The translations under genes and the position numbers were made by a program. Below the pieces are notes generated by a model, which saw nothing but the letters and a program-made list of their open reading frames with translations, was not told where the DNA came from and searched no databases. A stretch of DNA of 64,000 nt from a virus (taxonomy: Duplodnaviria > Caudoviricetes). Below, piece by piece: positions 19,613 through 29,393 of this stretch (its first letter is position 1; the number at the start of each line of letters is the position of its first letter). Where the stretch lies: positions 64,001 through 128,000 of IMG/VR virus record IMGVR_UViG_3300025858_000010. One strand, given 5' to 3'.

Positions 19613-20302
19613 TCACCATATTATCTTCATCATGTTTTTCTTTGATCCTAAATAATTTTTATATTCATCAGTAAATCTATTATTGAAACAATATAATGTT
19701 TCTAAATTCTTTAAATGTTCAATTCCATCTAAATTAGTTAATTGATTAGAATGACAATATAATTCTCTCAAATCCGTTAAATGCTCAATTCCTTCTAAAC
19801 TAGTCAATCTATTATTAGAACAATATAATCCTCTTAAATTAGTTAAATATTCGATTTCTTTTAAACTAGTTAGTAAATTATAATTACAATATAATATTTT
19901 TAAATTCGTTAAATGTTCAATTTCTTTTAAACTAGTTAGTAAATTATAATTACAATATAATATTTTTAAATTTGTTAAATGTTCAATGCCTTCTAAATTA
20001 GTTAATGAATTAAAATGACAATATAATTCTCTTAAATTCGTTAAATGTTCAATTCCCTCTAAACTAGTTAATCTATTAAATGAACAATATAAATATCTTA
20101 AATTAATTAATTGTTCAATGCCTTCTAAACTAGTTAATCCTTTATAAGAACAATCTAAAGACATTATTTGATCTAATTGTATATTTTGCTTTTTGGCTAG
20201 CCGTATTATCGGAGTATCGTTATCGTTGTCCCAATCTTCTTCACCATAAGGATCAATGTCTTGTCTACTTAATTGTTCAAATATTCTAAAATTTTTGATC
20301 AT
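19613..20302 (-). CDS. leucine-rich repeat protein (22-aa repeats) with N-terminal DPYGEEDW
   Basis: LTSLEGIEHLTNLxxLYCxxN repeats encoded by 66-bp tandem repeats. Confidence 0.9.
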   Translation of the reverse strand: MIKNFRIFEQLSRQDIDPYGEEDWDNDNDTPIIRLAKKQNIQLDQIMSLDCSYKGLTSLEGIEQLINLRYLYCSFNRLTSLEGIEHLTNLRELYCHFNSLTNLEGIEHLTNLKILYCNYNLLTSLKEIEHLTNLKILYCNYNLLTSLKEIEYLTNLRGLYCSNNRLTSLEGIEHLTDLRELYCHSNQLTNLDGIEHLKNLETLYCFNNRFTDEYKNYLGSKKNMMKIIW

Positions 20303-20305
20303 CTT

Positions 20306-20644
20306 TTAATATTTTCTTGTCCCTAGTATTCCTGTTTGATCATAATATTCGCCAGAATCTTCCCATTCTCTGGTCACACTATTCCAATGCGGAAATCCAT
20401 CAGGTAATTCAGCCCAAAAAATTAAATATTTTTCTGCTCTTTCCGGATCTTGTTTCAATAATATTTCGTAGGTATCCTTTTTAACTTTATGTTTTTTAAC
20501 GATCCCAAGTCCTTTTTCTATTTTTTCTTCATATGTCAAAAATCCAAGTCCTTTCCTCACGTTTTTACCAATTTCCTTTATAATATCCTTTTTTTCGGAA
20601 ATATATTTATCGAATAGAACTAAATGATTCAAATTTTCTTTCAT
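20306..20644 (-). CDS. hypothetical protein (FDKYISE leader)
   Basis: ORF track. Confidence 0.55.
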   Translation of the reverse strand: MKENLNHLVLFDKYISEKKDIIKEIGKNVRKGLGFLTYEEKIEKGLGIVKKHKVKKDTYEILLKQDPERAEKYLIFWAELPDGFPHWNSVTREWEDSGEYYDQTGILGTRKY

Positions 20645-20662
20645 TTCTTAATATTTATTTTT

Positions 20663-21217
20663 TTATTCTTCATCATCTTCATCGAAATGATCAAAGTCTT
20701 GAATTTTAATTTTTCCCTTCTTTATGTCGGTGTCTGCTTGATCTTCATCGAAATATTCTAAATCATCGGGATTGGGAGTTTCATAATCATCATCTATTAT
20801 GATATCATCATTTTCATCCTCCAAATATTCTTCTTCATCAGTATCTTCTAACATTTCAAATCTTACTCTATATTCAACTTCAAAAGTTTCAGTTATTCTA
20901 TTAAGATATTCTAAAGAAACATCATAAGTCCTTTTTTTTCTAACTCCTTCATCGAGTGTTAAAATTTCATCTTCATCAATATATTTAAAATCTGTTTCGC
21001 TAATAAAAAATTTTACTATTAAACCTTTATTTTTGTCATATTCAAAAACAGGTTTACGAACTCTATCAAATATATCGTTAAGTATTCTTTTTGATGTTTC
21101 AAAAACTTCAGAAGGAACATCTTTGAAAGATTTCATTTCCTTATCAGAATCTACTATTGAATTAGAGGTTTTAGATCCCTCATTTATAAAATTATCAAAA
21201 TTTCTTAAAATATCCAT
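20663..21217 (-). CDS. acidic hypothetical protein (FDNFINE leader)
   Basis: ORF track; TTAATATATA upstream on the minus strand. Confidence 0.6.
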   Translation of the reverse strand: MDILRNFDNFINEGSKTSNSIVDSDKEMKSFKDVPSEVFETSKRILNDIFDRVRKPVFEYDKNKGLIVKFFISETDFKYIDEDEILTLDEGVRKKRTYDVSLEYLNRITETFEVEYRVRFEMLEDTDEEEYLEDENDDIIIDDDYETPNPDDLEYFDEDQADTDIKKGKIKIQDFDHFDEDDEE

Positions 21218-21387
21218 ATAAAAAATGATTTGTTTTCACTTATATATTAATTTGAAAAAATCATTTTTTATATTCTATTGTGTTTTTTAATTGTCCCAAT
21301 TTTTTCTATTATTTTAATTAAAAATTCAGGTTTAAATGATGGTATGTCTTCTTTACGATAAACTGATATAATGTATGGATTCATTAA

Positions 21388-21588
21388 TTAAGATTCATAA
21401 TCTATTGTTAATAAATTAAAATTATCATCTAATATGGTTAATGTTTCATTTAGTGTATCATAAATGAATTTCAACTTTTCTTCACTTTCATTTGTTACAT
21501 CAATAACATATTTACAACTTAAATTCATCGTAAATCCTGAAGGTACCTTTTTTGTTTGATTTTTTTTAAATTTTTCTGAATATTTCAT
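21388..21588 (-). CDS. hypothetical protein
   Basis: ORF directly downstream of dnaJ. Confidence 0.45.
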   Translation of the reverse strand: MKYSEKFKKNQTKKVPSGFTMNLSCKYVIDVTNESEEKLKFIYDTLNETLTILDDNFNLLTIDYES

Positions 21589-21591
21589 ATA

Positions 21592-22629
21592 TTATTTCTT
21601 TAATTTTTCGTAATCAATGATTATATTAACTTTTACAATTAAATCACCTCTATTATTATCATCATACAATAGACCCTTCCTAGCGACTCTTAATAAATCG
21701 CCGTCTTTTGTTTTGGATGGAATTTTTAAAGAATATTTTTTATCATCTAAATGTTCGTATTCAAAATCAAATCCATCAATGGCTTGTTGATAGTGAAGAT
21801 CTAATTTATAAATCAAATTAGATCCATCTCTTATATATCTATTATCGTCGATGTAAGTGGCTTCAACCGAAAGAGTGCCAACTTTTTGTTGATAATATTT
21901 AGATTGATGTCCCATTCCTCTAATATATTTAACAAAACTTTTATCAATTCTAAATGAATTACCGAAAGCAAATTCTTCATCTTTTGAAATTACTTTTGTA
22001 CCATTGCATTTTTTACATTTTCCTGTATGTATTTTTCCGGTCCCGTTACAATATTTACAATGAGTAAAACCATCATTTCCTCTACCATCGCATGTCTCAC
22101 ATTCAAATTCTTCGCTTTCTGGATCAAATCCAGTGAAATCACATACATCGCATTTAACGTCACGTTTAAATTTTATTGGTATTTGTTTATTATTATAAAC
22201 GTCCTTTAATGTAATTTTAACTGAATGTTTAATATCTAAATTTTCAGGAAATTCTTCTCTGCGGTGAAATATATTTTGAAAAAATGGATCATCAAATGGA
22301 GATCCTCCACCGAATCCGAAATTTTGAAAAGGATTTCCTCCAAATGGATTAAAATCCTGACCATTAATATTTATATGAAAAAAAGGATTTCCTTGGTTTG
22401 GATTATAATTTCTACCATGCGGACTTTGTACATCGTATATTTGTCTTTCTTTTTCATCTCCGATTACAGAAAAAGCTTCATTTAATTTTTTGAATTCTGA
22501 GTCATCATGATTTTGAGTTGCATCTGGATGATGTTCTTTGGCTAGTTTTCTATATTGTTTCTTTATTTCTTTATTATCGGCGTTCTTATCAACTCCTAGT
22601 ATATCATAATAATTTTTATTTGGATCCAT
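21592..22629 (-). CDS. dnaJ: DnaJ chaperone
   Basis: J domain with HPD, G/F-rich linker, CxxCxGxG zinc fingers, C-terminal domain. Confidence 0.92.
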   Translation of the reverse strand: MDPNKNYYDILGVDKNADNKEIKKQYRKLAKEHHPDATQNHDDSEFKKLNEAFSVIGDEKERQIYDVQSPHGRNYNPNQGNPFFHININGQDFNPFGGNPFQNFGFGGGSPFDDPFFQNIFHRREEFPENLDIKHSVKITLKDVYNNKQIPIKFKRDVKCDVCDFTGFDPESEEFECETCDGRGNDGFTHCKYCNGTGKIHTGKCKKCNGTKVISKDEEFAFGNSFRIDKSFVKYIRGMGHQSKYYQQKVGTLSVEATYIDDNRYIRDGSNLIYKLDLHYQQAIDGFDFEYEHLDDKKYSLKIPSKTKDGDLLRVARKGLLYDDNNRGDLIVKVNIIIDYEKLKK

Positions 22630-22709
22630 CTAATTTTTATTTTTTTTAATTTATATATATTTCATATGATAATAAAGTTTAAAATATTCGATTCGTACAT
22701 ATCTGAGGG

Positions 22710-23554
22710 TTAATCAACTGTCAATAAAAATCTAACATTATTTACAACTTTTTAACAAAATTTAACTATTAATTAACACGAAAATCAGGTTTTTGATCGC
22801 ATCTGTTGGAAATAAAATGATTATGGATTTACCGATAAAATATCATAAACATTTCAACAAATATAATGTATTGGGTAAACGATTAAATTCATATATTATC
22901 ACACGAAAGTATGTTCAATTCAGTTTTGAAATTGTTACATTACCGAAAAAGGAAGGTAAAGTTTGTATTGGTGTTGATACAGGTATTAACGCACTTGCAT
23001 CACTCAATAATGGAAACCAATATGGTAAAGACATCAAAGGTTGTATTGAACGAGTAAAAAGGTGTAAACAGAAGTCAAAAGGTTGGTATGTGGCTAAAAG
23101 AGCATTGAAACAACGAATTGACGAAGTATCAAAAGAAATTGTTAATGTTGAAAATCCTGATTTAATTGTGGTTGAAAAACTCAAAAATATGGGAGTCAAA
23201 AGTAAAGCCAAACGCCTATTGGCTAAAAGTATTAGGCGTTCTATCGGAACTTGGAATTGGAAGTATTGGTTGAATAGGTTAGAAGCACAGTGTGAATTAA
23301 ATCGTATTTCGTTCAGAACTGTAGCACCTTATTATACCTCTACCACCTGTCCTGTATGTGGTCAATCCGATAGGGGAAATCGAAACGGAGAAATATTTTT
23401 GTGTCTGAATTGTGGTCACACAGACAATGCGGATATTAATGCGGGTAAGAATATTTTGAATCGATTTCTCACAGGACAATACGGTGTCTGTTACAAAGAA
23501 GTAAATTTGATACAATCTACAAGGTTGTAGATTTTGTTGGATTTATTTTAACGG
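22710..23554 (+). mobile_element. non-autonomous, internally deleted IS607-family element
   Basis: GG(T) at both junctions, right end ...TTTTAACGG, tnpB only, no transposase. Confidence 0.75.
22793..23530 (+). CDS. tnpB: TnpB (N-terminally truncated)
   Basis: IGVDTG, VVEKL, TSTTCPVCG...CLNCG, DNADINAGKNI. Confidence 0.85.
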   Translation: MIASVGNKMIMDLPIKYHKHFNKYNVLGKRLNSYIITRKYVQFSFEIVTLPKKEGKVCIGVDTGINALASLNNGNQYGKDIKGCIERVKRCKQKSKGWYVAKRALKQRIDEVSKEIVNVENPDLIVVEKLKNMGVKSKAKRLLAKSIRRSIGTWNWKYWLNRLEAQCELNRISFRTVAPYYTSTTCPVCGQSDRGNRNGEIFLCLNCGHTDNADINAGKNILNRFLTGQYGVCYKEVNLIQSTRL

Positions 23555-23810
23555 TATAAGATGGTGGAGAAATGGTAAATTAACAGATGAAGAAGAAGAT
23601 GAATGTTATCATCAATTCGATGTTTTAACGGTTTATGATAAAAATTTTGAACTTGTTAAAATTCTTAGATGTAAAAAATGTAAAAAATCTTTTGATTATA
23701 ATGATCCTACCAAAGAAAGAATGAAATGATGAAAAGATATTCATGTAAGAAAATCATAAAAAACTTTTTAGTTATATTTATTATATTAAAAGAAATATTT
23801 ATTCATAGAA

Positions 23811-25256
23811 ATGATAAAAAAATTTAAATTATTTGAAACCAATAATAATAAAATAGAAGCAGCTATTGATTTTATCAGAAATGTTATAAAGGATACAGAA
23901 TGGGAAGGTAAAGTATTTCTTGCTGGAGGTGCTGTAAGAGATGAAGTGATGGGCAGAACGCCAAAAGATATAGATCTTCTTATTAATGCACCTAACGGAG
24001 GCATTTTATTTGCAGATTGGATAACTAAAAAATTGGGTATATATGTAGATGGTAAAAATCCAGTAGTTTATCCTAGATTCGGCACAGCTATGTTCACCCT
24101 TAGAAAAATAAAACATGATGGAGTAGATATTTCTTTTGTTGAAATTGAATGTGTTATGCCAAGAAAAGAAGAATATCTAAAAGGAAATAGAAAACCCATT
24201 GTTTCACAAGGAACACTCAAAGATGATGTCAATAGAAGAGATTTTACAATAAATAGTCTTCTAAAAGATTTATCAAGCGGCGAAATATTAGATCTAACAG
24301 GAATGGGTAAAAATGATATAAGAGACGGTATAGTGAGAACTCCTTTAAATCCGGATGTGATTTTTGATGAAGATCCTCTCAGAATGCTTAGAGCAATTAG
24401 AATAATTGTTAAATATAACTGGACATTACCTTTATTCATGATAAGAAGTTTGAAAAAGAACGCCAAAAAACTTCAATATATTTCACAGGAAAGAATACAG
24501 AGCGAATTAAATAAAATGTTACTAACAGACAATCCAGACAAGGCAATTAGATTGTTGCAAATATTTGGACTTTCTAAATATATTTTTCCAGAATTAGATA
24601 AACTCATCGGTATGAAACAAAATAAACATCATCAGTACGATGCTATGCGTCATTCATTAGAGGTATTAAAGAATACGCCAAAGGACTTAATAACTAGATT
24701 ATCTGGATTACTACATGATATAGGAAAATCCAAGACAAGAGAGATAATAGATCACGAAGTGCATTTTTATGATCATGAAGAAGTAGGGGCTTATATGGCT
24801 CGTGATATATTGCATAGACTAAGATATCCAAGAGAAATTTGTGATGCGGTTTTTCTTATCATTAATAATCACATGAGAACTAAACATTCTGGCGATGAAG
24901 GTGAAATAAGTGATAGAACACTAAGAAAACTAAAAATGGATTTAGGCCCCCATTTAGAAAGAACATTAGATTTAATTCACGCTGATAACATATCACATTC
25001 TGCTCAATCTAATATGCCAAATCAAATATCTAATATAAGAAGAAGATTTAAAGAGTTAGAAGAAAAAGATAAAGGAATAAATATTAAACCGCCATTAAAT
25101 GGTAATGATATAATGGAAATACTAGGAATTACAAAGGGACATCATCCAGTGATAGGAAGATTGTTAGCACTTCTTAAAGATAAATATTTAGATGATCCGA
25201 CTATGACAAGAGATGAAGCCATAGATATAGTTAAAAACAATTTCATTAGATCATAA
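23811..25256 (+). CDS. cca: CCA-adding tRNA nucleotidyltransferase with HD domain
   Basis: GGAVRD, DIDL, RRDFTIN, EDPLRMLRA, ERI..E, LHDIGK. Confidence 0.88.
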   Translation: MIKKFKLFETNNNKIEAAIDFIRNVIKDTEWEGKVFLAGGAVRDEVMGRTPKDIDLLINAPNGGILFADWITKKLGIYVDGKNPVVYPRFGTAMFTLRKIKHDGVDISFVEIECVMPRKEEYLKGNRKPIVSQGTLKDDVNRRDFTINSLLKDLSSGEILDLTGMGKNDIRDGIVRTPLNPDVIFDEDPLRMLRAIRIIVKYNWTLPLFMIRSLKKNAKKLQYISQERIQSELNKMLLTDNPDKAIRLLQIFGLSKYIFPELDKLIGMKQNKHHQYDAMRHSLEVLKNTPKDLITRLSGLLHDIGKSKTREIIDHEVHFYDHEEVGAYMARDILHRLRYPREICDAVFLIINNHMRTKHSGDEGEISDRTLRKLKMDLGPHLERTLDLIHADNISHSAQSNMPNQISNIRRRFKELEEKDKGINIKPPLNGNDIMEILGITKGHHPVIGRLLALLKDKYLDDPTMTRDEAIDIVKNNFIRS

Positions 25257-26456
25257 TATTGGATAAACTACTTCCGGGTAAACTTCTAAAATCTCTGTTT
25301 TTTTATTTTCATAAGGTACTTGATTTAAAATATAACGTAAGGCATTGAGTTTAGCTACTCTCTTATCGTTAGAATCTACGGCTACCCAAGGCGATTTTTC
25401 AGTCGATGTTCGCTTAAACATTTCTTCTTTATAAGCAGAATATTGATCCCATTTATCTAAAGATTTAGCATCATTTGGACTGAATTTCCAATATTTAATT
25501 GGTGATGTTTGTCTCAGTTTAAATCTTAGTTCTTGCGTATCTTTTGTTATCGAAAACCAAAATTTAATAAGATAGAAGTTATTATCTATCAAATCATATT
25601 CAAATGGTAAGACATCTTCCATGAAATTTTCATATTGTTCTGTTGTACAATAACCCATAACCGGTTCAACTACAGCTCTATTATACCATGAACGGTCATA
25701 AAAAGCGATTTGTTGTGTGGCTGGAAGAACATCAGAGTAACGTTTAAACCAATTTTTTTTCTCATCTTCTGATGGAATTCCAAATGTATTTATTCTAAAA
25801 TAACTAGGGTGTAAGTTTTCTGTTGCTGTTCTAATGAATGATCCTTTGGATGCAGCATCTCTTCCTTCTGCAACAACTACTAATTTTTTATTATTTGAAA
25901 ATAACCAATCTCTCATTTTTAAGAGTTCTATTTGCAGAGAAGCTTTTTCTAATTCAAATCTTCGTCTTTTAACTCTAAATCTTGGTGCACTAGAAATTAC
26001 TTTACGCCATTCGGCGAACTCTTTATCTTCAATGTAAGGATCATAATAAACGTCTTCTGTATCCACATCAGTTATATCTATGTCCTGTTCAGCGTTATAT
26101 AATGTTTTTAACCTTTTTGGAATTGATGATAGATAATTATCGAAGTAATTTTCAATTTTTTTATCTTTACCTTTTAATTTTAAATTGTTTATGCCTCTAA
26201 AAAAAGTATCTATGTTGAGTTGTTCCATGACGTTTTTATCAACTTCTTTTTGAAGATCCATGAGAAATTGATTATCAATTTTTTTAATTTCACCTCTCAT
26301 TATTTTTTCTTTATAGTCCGTAAGAAGTCGAACAAGTTCGGATTCTAGTCTTTCCATATCATCTTCACTTTTGAAGTATGATTTTATATTATTAAAAAGT
26401 TTTTTGAAATCCTTTTTAAAATTTTCATTTAGAAAGTTATCATATTTATCTATCAT
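25251..26456 (-). CDS. ppk2: polyphosphate kinase 2 with N-terminal extension
   Basis: EGRDAASKG, DRSWYNRA.VE.VMG, LIKFWFSI, WKFSPND. Confidence 0.9.
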   Translation of the reverse strand: MIDKYDNFLNENFKKDFKKLFNNIKSYFKSEDDMERLESELVRLLTDYKEKIMRGEIKKIDNQFLMDLQKEVDKNVMEQLNIDTFFRGINNLKLKGKDKKIENYFDNYLSSIPKRLKTLYNAEQDIDITDVDTEDVYYDPYIEDKEFAEWRKVISSAPRFRVKRRRFELEKASLQIELLKMRDWLFSNNKKLVVVAEGRDAASKGSFIRTATENLHPSYFRINTFGIPSEDEKKNWFKRYSDVLPATQQIAFYDRSWYNRAVVEPVMGYCTTEQYENFMEDVLPFEYDLIDNNFYLIKFWFSITKDTQELRFKLRQTSPIKYWKFSPNDAKSLDKWDQYSAYKEEMFKRTSTEKSPWVAVDSNDKRVAKLNALRYILNQVPYENKKTEILEVYPEVVYPIL

Positions 26457-26808
26457 AATTTAATTCTTCTATTTTTTTGTTCCATTTATAGTTTATATCA
26501 TTCCAATATAAATCCCCTTGTGGTGTGTCACCCCAATAAAAAGCATTCATTATATGATCGCGTTCGTCAACATGTTCCCACCAGTTTGTACCGGCATACC
26601 CATACCTTAAAAGTGAGGCTCCGACCAGTTTTGAATTGAGATTAGTTTCATTTTCGCAATTTTCCGCATATTCTTCTAAACAGTTATTATCAATTAAAAA
26701 TTGTCTAAATTTTTTATCGATTATAAAACTGTCGTCAATGTCTTCTTCATCCTCTTCTTCAAGATATTCTATATTTTCTCTAATATATTGTATATATTTT
26801 TTAATCAT
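26446..26808 (-). CDS. hypothetical protein (YIQYIRE leader)
   Basis: ORF track; AFYWGDTPQGDLYW. Confidence 0.6.
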   Translation of the reverse strand: MIKKYIQYIRENIEYLEEEDEEDIDDSFIIDKKFRQFLIDNNCLEEYAENCENETNLNSKLVGASLLRYGYAGTNWWEHVDERDHIMNAFYWGDTPQGDLYWNDINYKWNKKIEELNYDR

Positions 26809-26874
26809 ATGCGTATATATTAAATTTTTTTGGCAGATTTATAAACATAATTTGTATTTAGACATATAAGAAAA

Positions 26875-27342
26875 ATGAAAAAAATTTTTACAATAATATT
26901 AGTATTTATTTCGTCTATTGTTTATTCTCAAATAGATTATAACATTTATATTGGATTAACAAAGAAAGAAATCATAGAATCATTCAAACATGATGATTTC
27001 AACTATAAATTTGAAAAAAAGATGTATGTTAATATAGATAGTTCTGGTAAATTCATATCAGATAATAACCATTATACTTGGTTAGTTTATTATTATAAAA
27101 TAAGAGCATTATTCGTCTTTAATAAAAAAAATGATAAATGTGATAAATATTATTTAGCAATCAATGATATAAAAAATTATTGGGATTATTATGATTATTA
27201 TAATGATATATTGAGTAAATCAGATAAAGAGTTAACTTGGATTGAAAAAAGACATAAATATTATATTGAATTAATAATAAGAGCATCAAACCCAAATCAA
27301 ATGTTTATATTTGCCCAGAATAAAAAATATATTCGTCATTAG
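26875..27342 (+). CDS. putative secreted protein
   Basis: signal peptide MKKIFTIILVFISSIVYS-Q. Confidence 0.6.
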   Translation: MKKIFTIILVFISSIVYSQIDYNIYIGLTKKEIIESFKHDDFNYKFEKKMYVNIDSSGKFISDNNHYTWLVYYYKIRALFVFNKKNDKCDKYYLAINDIKNYWDYYDYYNDILSKSDKELTWIEKRHKYYIELIIRASNPNQMFIFAQNKKYIRH

Positions 27343-27347
27343 TATAT

Positions 27348-27821
27348 TTAATTTATTCCAAAATTGAAATTACTCGATCCGATGTCATTATCTTCTAAAA
27401 TAGTATAGTCAAATTCTTGATTTTCTTTTAATTCTATTCCATACTTTTCCATAAAATATTTTACAGTATATTCATCGGGGATATAAAACAATTCACCAGA
27501 AGAACCAATGGATGAAATTATAACATGATCTTCCATTATGAGTTTTTCTAATTCATTTGAAAATAATATTATATTTAATATACTTTGAATTTCTCCCATA
27601 TCTAATTTTTCGTCACCACTGCTATTAAATTTATAATTGCTATATGGCACTATTTCATTTAATAACATAGAAGCAGTAATATTATTATCAAATAAAAAAT
27701 TGTGTAAAATATCAGATGATTTAATTTTATGTACTAATTGTTTAGCATACGTTATAGTGAGTAAATTAAATTCTTCACCATATTTATTAAAAAAATCTTC
27801 AATTTCTTTAGATAAAGACAT
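27348..27821 (-). CDS. hypothetical protein
   Basis: ORF track. Confidence 0.55.
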   Translation of the reverse strand: MSLSKEIEDFFNKYGEEFNLLTITYAKQLVHKIKSSDILHNFLFDNNITASMLLNEIVPYSNYKFNSSGDEKLDMGEIQSILNIILFSNELEKLIMEDHVIISSIGSSGELFYIPDEYTVKYFMEKYGIELKENQEFDYTILEDNDIGSSNFNFGIN

Positions 27822-27848
27822 TCAGTATTGGTTTTTCTAGTATATATT

Positions 27849-28592
27849 TTATTTAAATTTCATTTTGGATATATTTTCTAAAAAATTTGATCCAGGAAAC
27901 ATGGTATCTATGTCTAATAAATACTTATCCAATTCTTTATGATATTTATAATCTTGATATTTAATTTTATCAAAGTTGCAAAACAATTCAAGAACTTTAT
28001 CATATTGAGGTTTTTTATCAAAATATAAAAAATCATTATCATTTAATTTGAAATCTTTAAATATTTGAGTGTTAAAATATTTTGAAATAGATATAAAACT
28101 AGCATAACTGAATAAACTCATGAATCCTTTTGAAAAATATTCATTTGAATCTAAATCTAGAAATTCAATTATATGTTCTAAATTGGTCGAAACCAAAAAG
28201 AGATTTTCACCAACAATATATTTTAAACCACTTGGATATAAATGTAATCCAAATTTATTAAACATAACATTCATTAATGTTGGTAATATGTCCCAACTAT
28301 AATAGAAAAACGATGATAAAAATTCATTTTCTGGTGTTCTAATAAAAATGAATCGAAAATCTTTATAATTAAAATCTATAAATTGTCCTTTTAAATTAAA
28401 TACTCCGTTATCTAATATCGTGACCAATGTTGATGCATCAGTCTCTTGTGGTATTAGAATTTTAATATGATCATAATTTATTTTATCTTTATATACAAAC
28501 GGGATCTCATTTCGAATATTATTACTATCAAGTTTGTTAGATACTTCTTTTAATAATCTAATAAATTCCGGTTTTTCCAATATTCTTGACAT
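27849..28592 (-). CDS. hypothetical protein, possibly a degenerate nucleotidyltransferase fold
   Basis: IPFVYKDK.YDHIKIL and FGLHLYPSGL loosely recall phage NTase-like proteins without the catalytic DxD. Confidence 0.4.
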   Translation of the reverse strand: MSRILEKPEFIRLLKEVSNKLDSNNIRNEIPFVYKDKINYDHIKILIPQETDASTLVTILDNGVFNLKGQFIDFNYKDFRFIFIRTPENEFLSSFFYYSWDILPTLMNVMFNKFGLHLYPSGLKYIVGENLFLVSTNLEHIIEFLDLDSNEYFSKGFMSLFSYASFISISKYFNTQIFKDFKLNDNDFLYFDKKPQYDKVLELFCNFDKIKYQDYKYHKELDKYLLDIDTMFPGSNFLENISKMKFK

Positions 28593-29106
28593 TTTCCAAT
28601 TTTTTTATTTTTTCAATTATTTCTTTACTTATTTGTTTTCCTAATTCATTTGATAACGAATCAAATATATTTTTAATATAATCATCATAAGTTTCATGGA
28701 TTGTAGATGAGGGCGATATCGGAAAAGTTTTTGGTAATTGTATATCAACGTCGTAATAATCACCCAATTGTTTTAATTTTATCCAATCGTTTTCATGTAT
28801 AGAATTTCTATAATATTTAACGTAAAAAACTGATAATGAATTCGTTATTAAACCGTTATTCAATAAATAATCGTGATTAGATGAACATTCTCCACAATCA
28901 GTTCCATGATCTCCTCTCCAACCATTTCCTTTTTTGAATTTTCCAACAACATCATTAATATCTGAATAATTGGCAGCCCCTTCCGTGGATTCTCTCATAG
29001 CCATTTCCATTAATTTAGTTAATTCGTCATTAATCGGAACTTTTAATTTTTCTTCTTTTTTTGGCTCAATATAAAGAAGAAATCTTGATTTATCGTTTCT
29101 ATGCAT
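28558..29106 (-). CDS. hypothetical protein
   Basis: ORF track; WRGDH..CG..S..DYLL segment. Confidence 0.55.
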   Translation of the reverse strand: MHRNDKSRFLLYIEPKKEEKLKVPINDELTKLMEMAMRESTEGAANYSDINDVVGKFKKGNGWRGDHGTDCGECSSNHDYLLNNGLITNSLSVFYVKYYRNSIHENDWIKLKQLGDYYDVDIQLPKTFPISPSSTIHETYDDYIKNIFDSLSNELGKQISKEIIEKIKKLENVKNIGKTGIY

Positions 29107-29107
29107 A

Positions 29108-29383
29108 TTATTTTTTATTTAATGTATCAAACAATTCTTTATCTATTATTATATTATTTCCACCGTCTTCTTCTGATAAATATTGACCTGCAATTTGATT
29201 AACAGCAACGTAATCTGTATCTATATCGGAATTATGTATATGATGAAATGCTTCCATCAATTCTTTTTTATCATCTTCTGTCGGTACAATTATTTTAAAA
29301 TTAACCCATTCAACATTTTTTATTTCGTCATCAGTTAAAAATCTTTTTCTTTTATCTTTTTGATAATCTTTATATTTTCTCAT
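29108..29383 (-). CDS. hypothetical protein
   Basis: ORF in operon. Confidence 0.55.
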   Translation of the reverse strand: MRKYKDYQKDKRKRFLTDDEIKNVEWVNFKIIVPTEDDKKELMEAFHHIHNSDIDTDYVAVNQIAGQYLSEEDGGNNIIIDKELFDTLNKK

Positions 29384-29393
29384 ATTTTTTAAT

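Larger units (their letters stand above)
22666..23729 (+). pseudogene. small gene interrupted by an IS607-type element
   Basis: MIIKFKIFDSYISEG (22666-22709) joins in frame to IRWWRNGKL...RCKKC...ERMK* (23555-23729) when 22710..23554 is removed. Confidence 0.8.

Noticed and set aside
22710-23554. IStron (self-splicing TnpB element)
   Set aside because: Only about 80 bp lie upstream of tnpB, too short for a group I intron core
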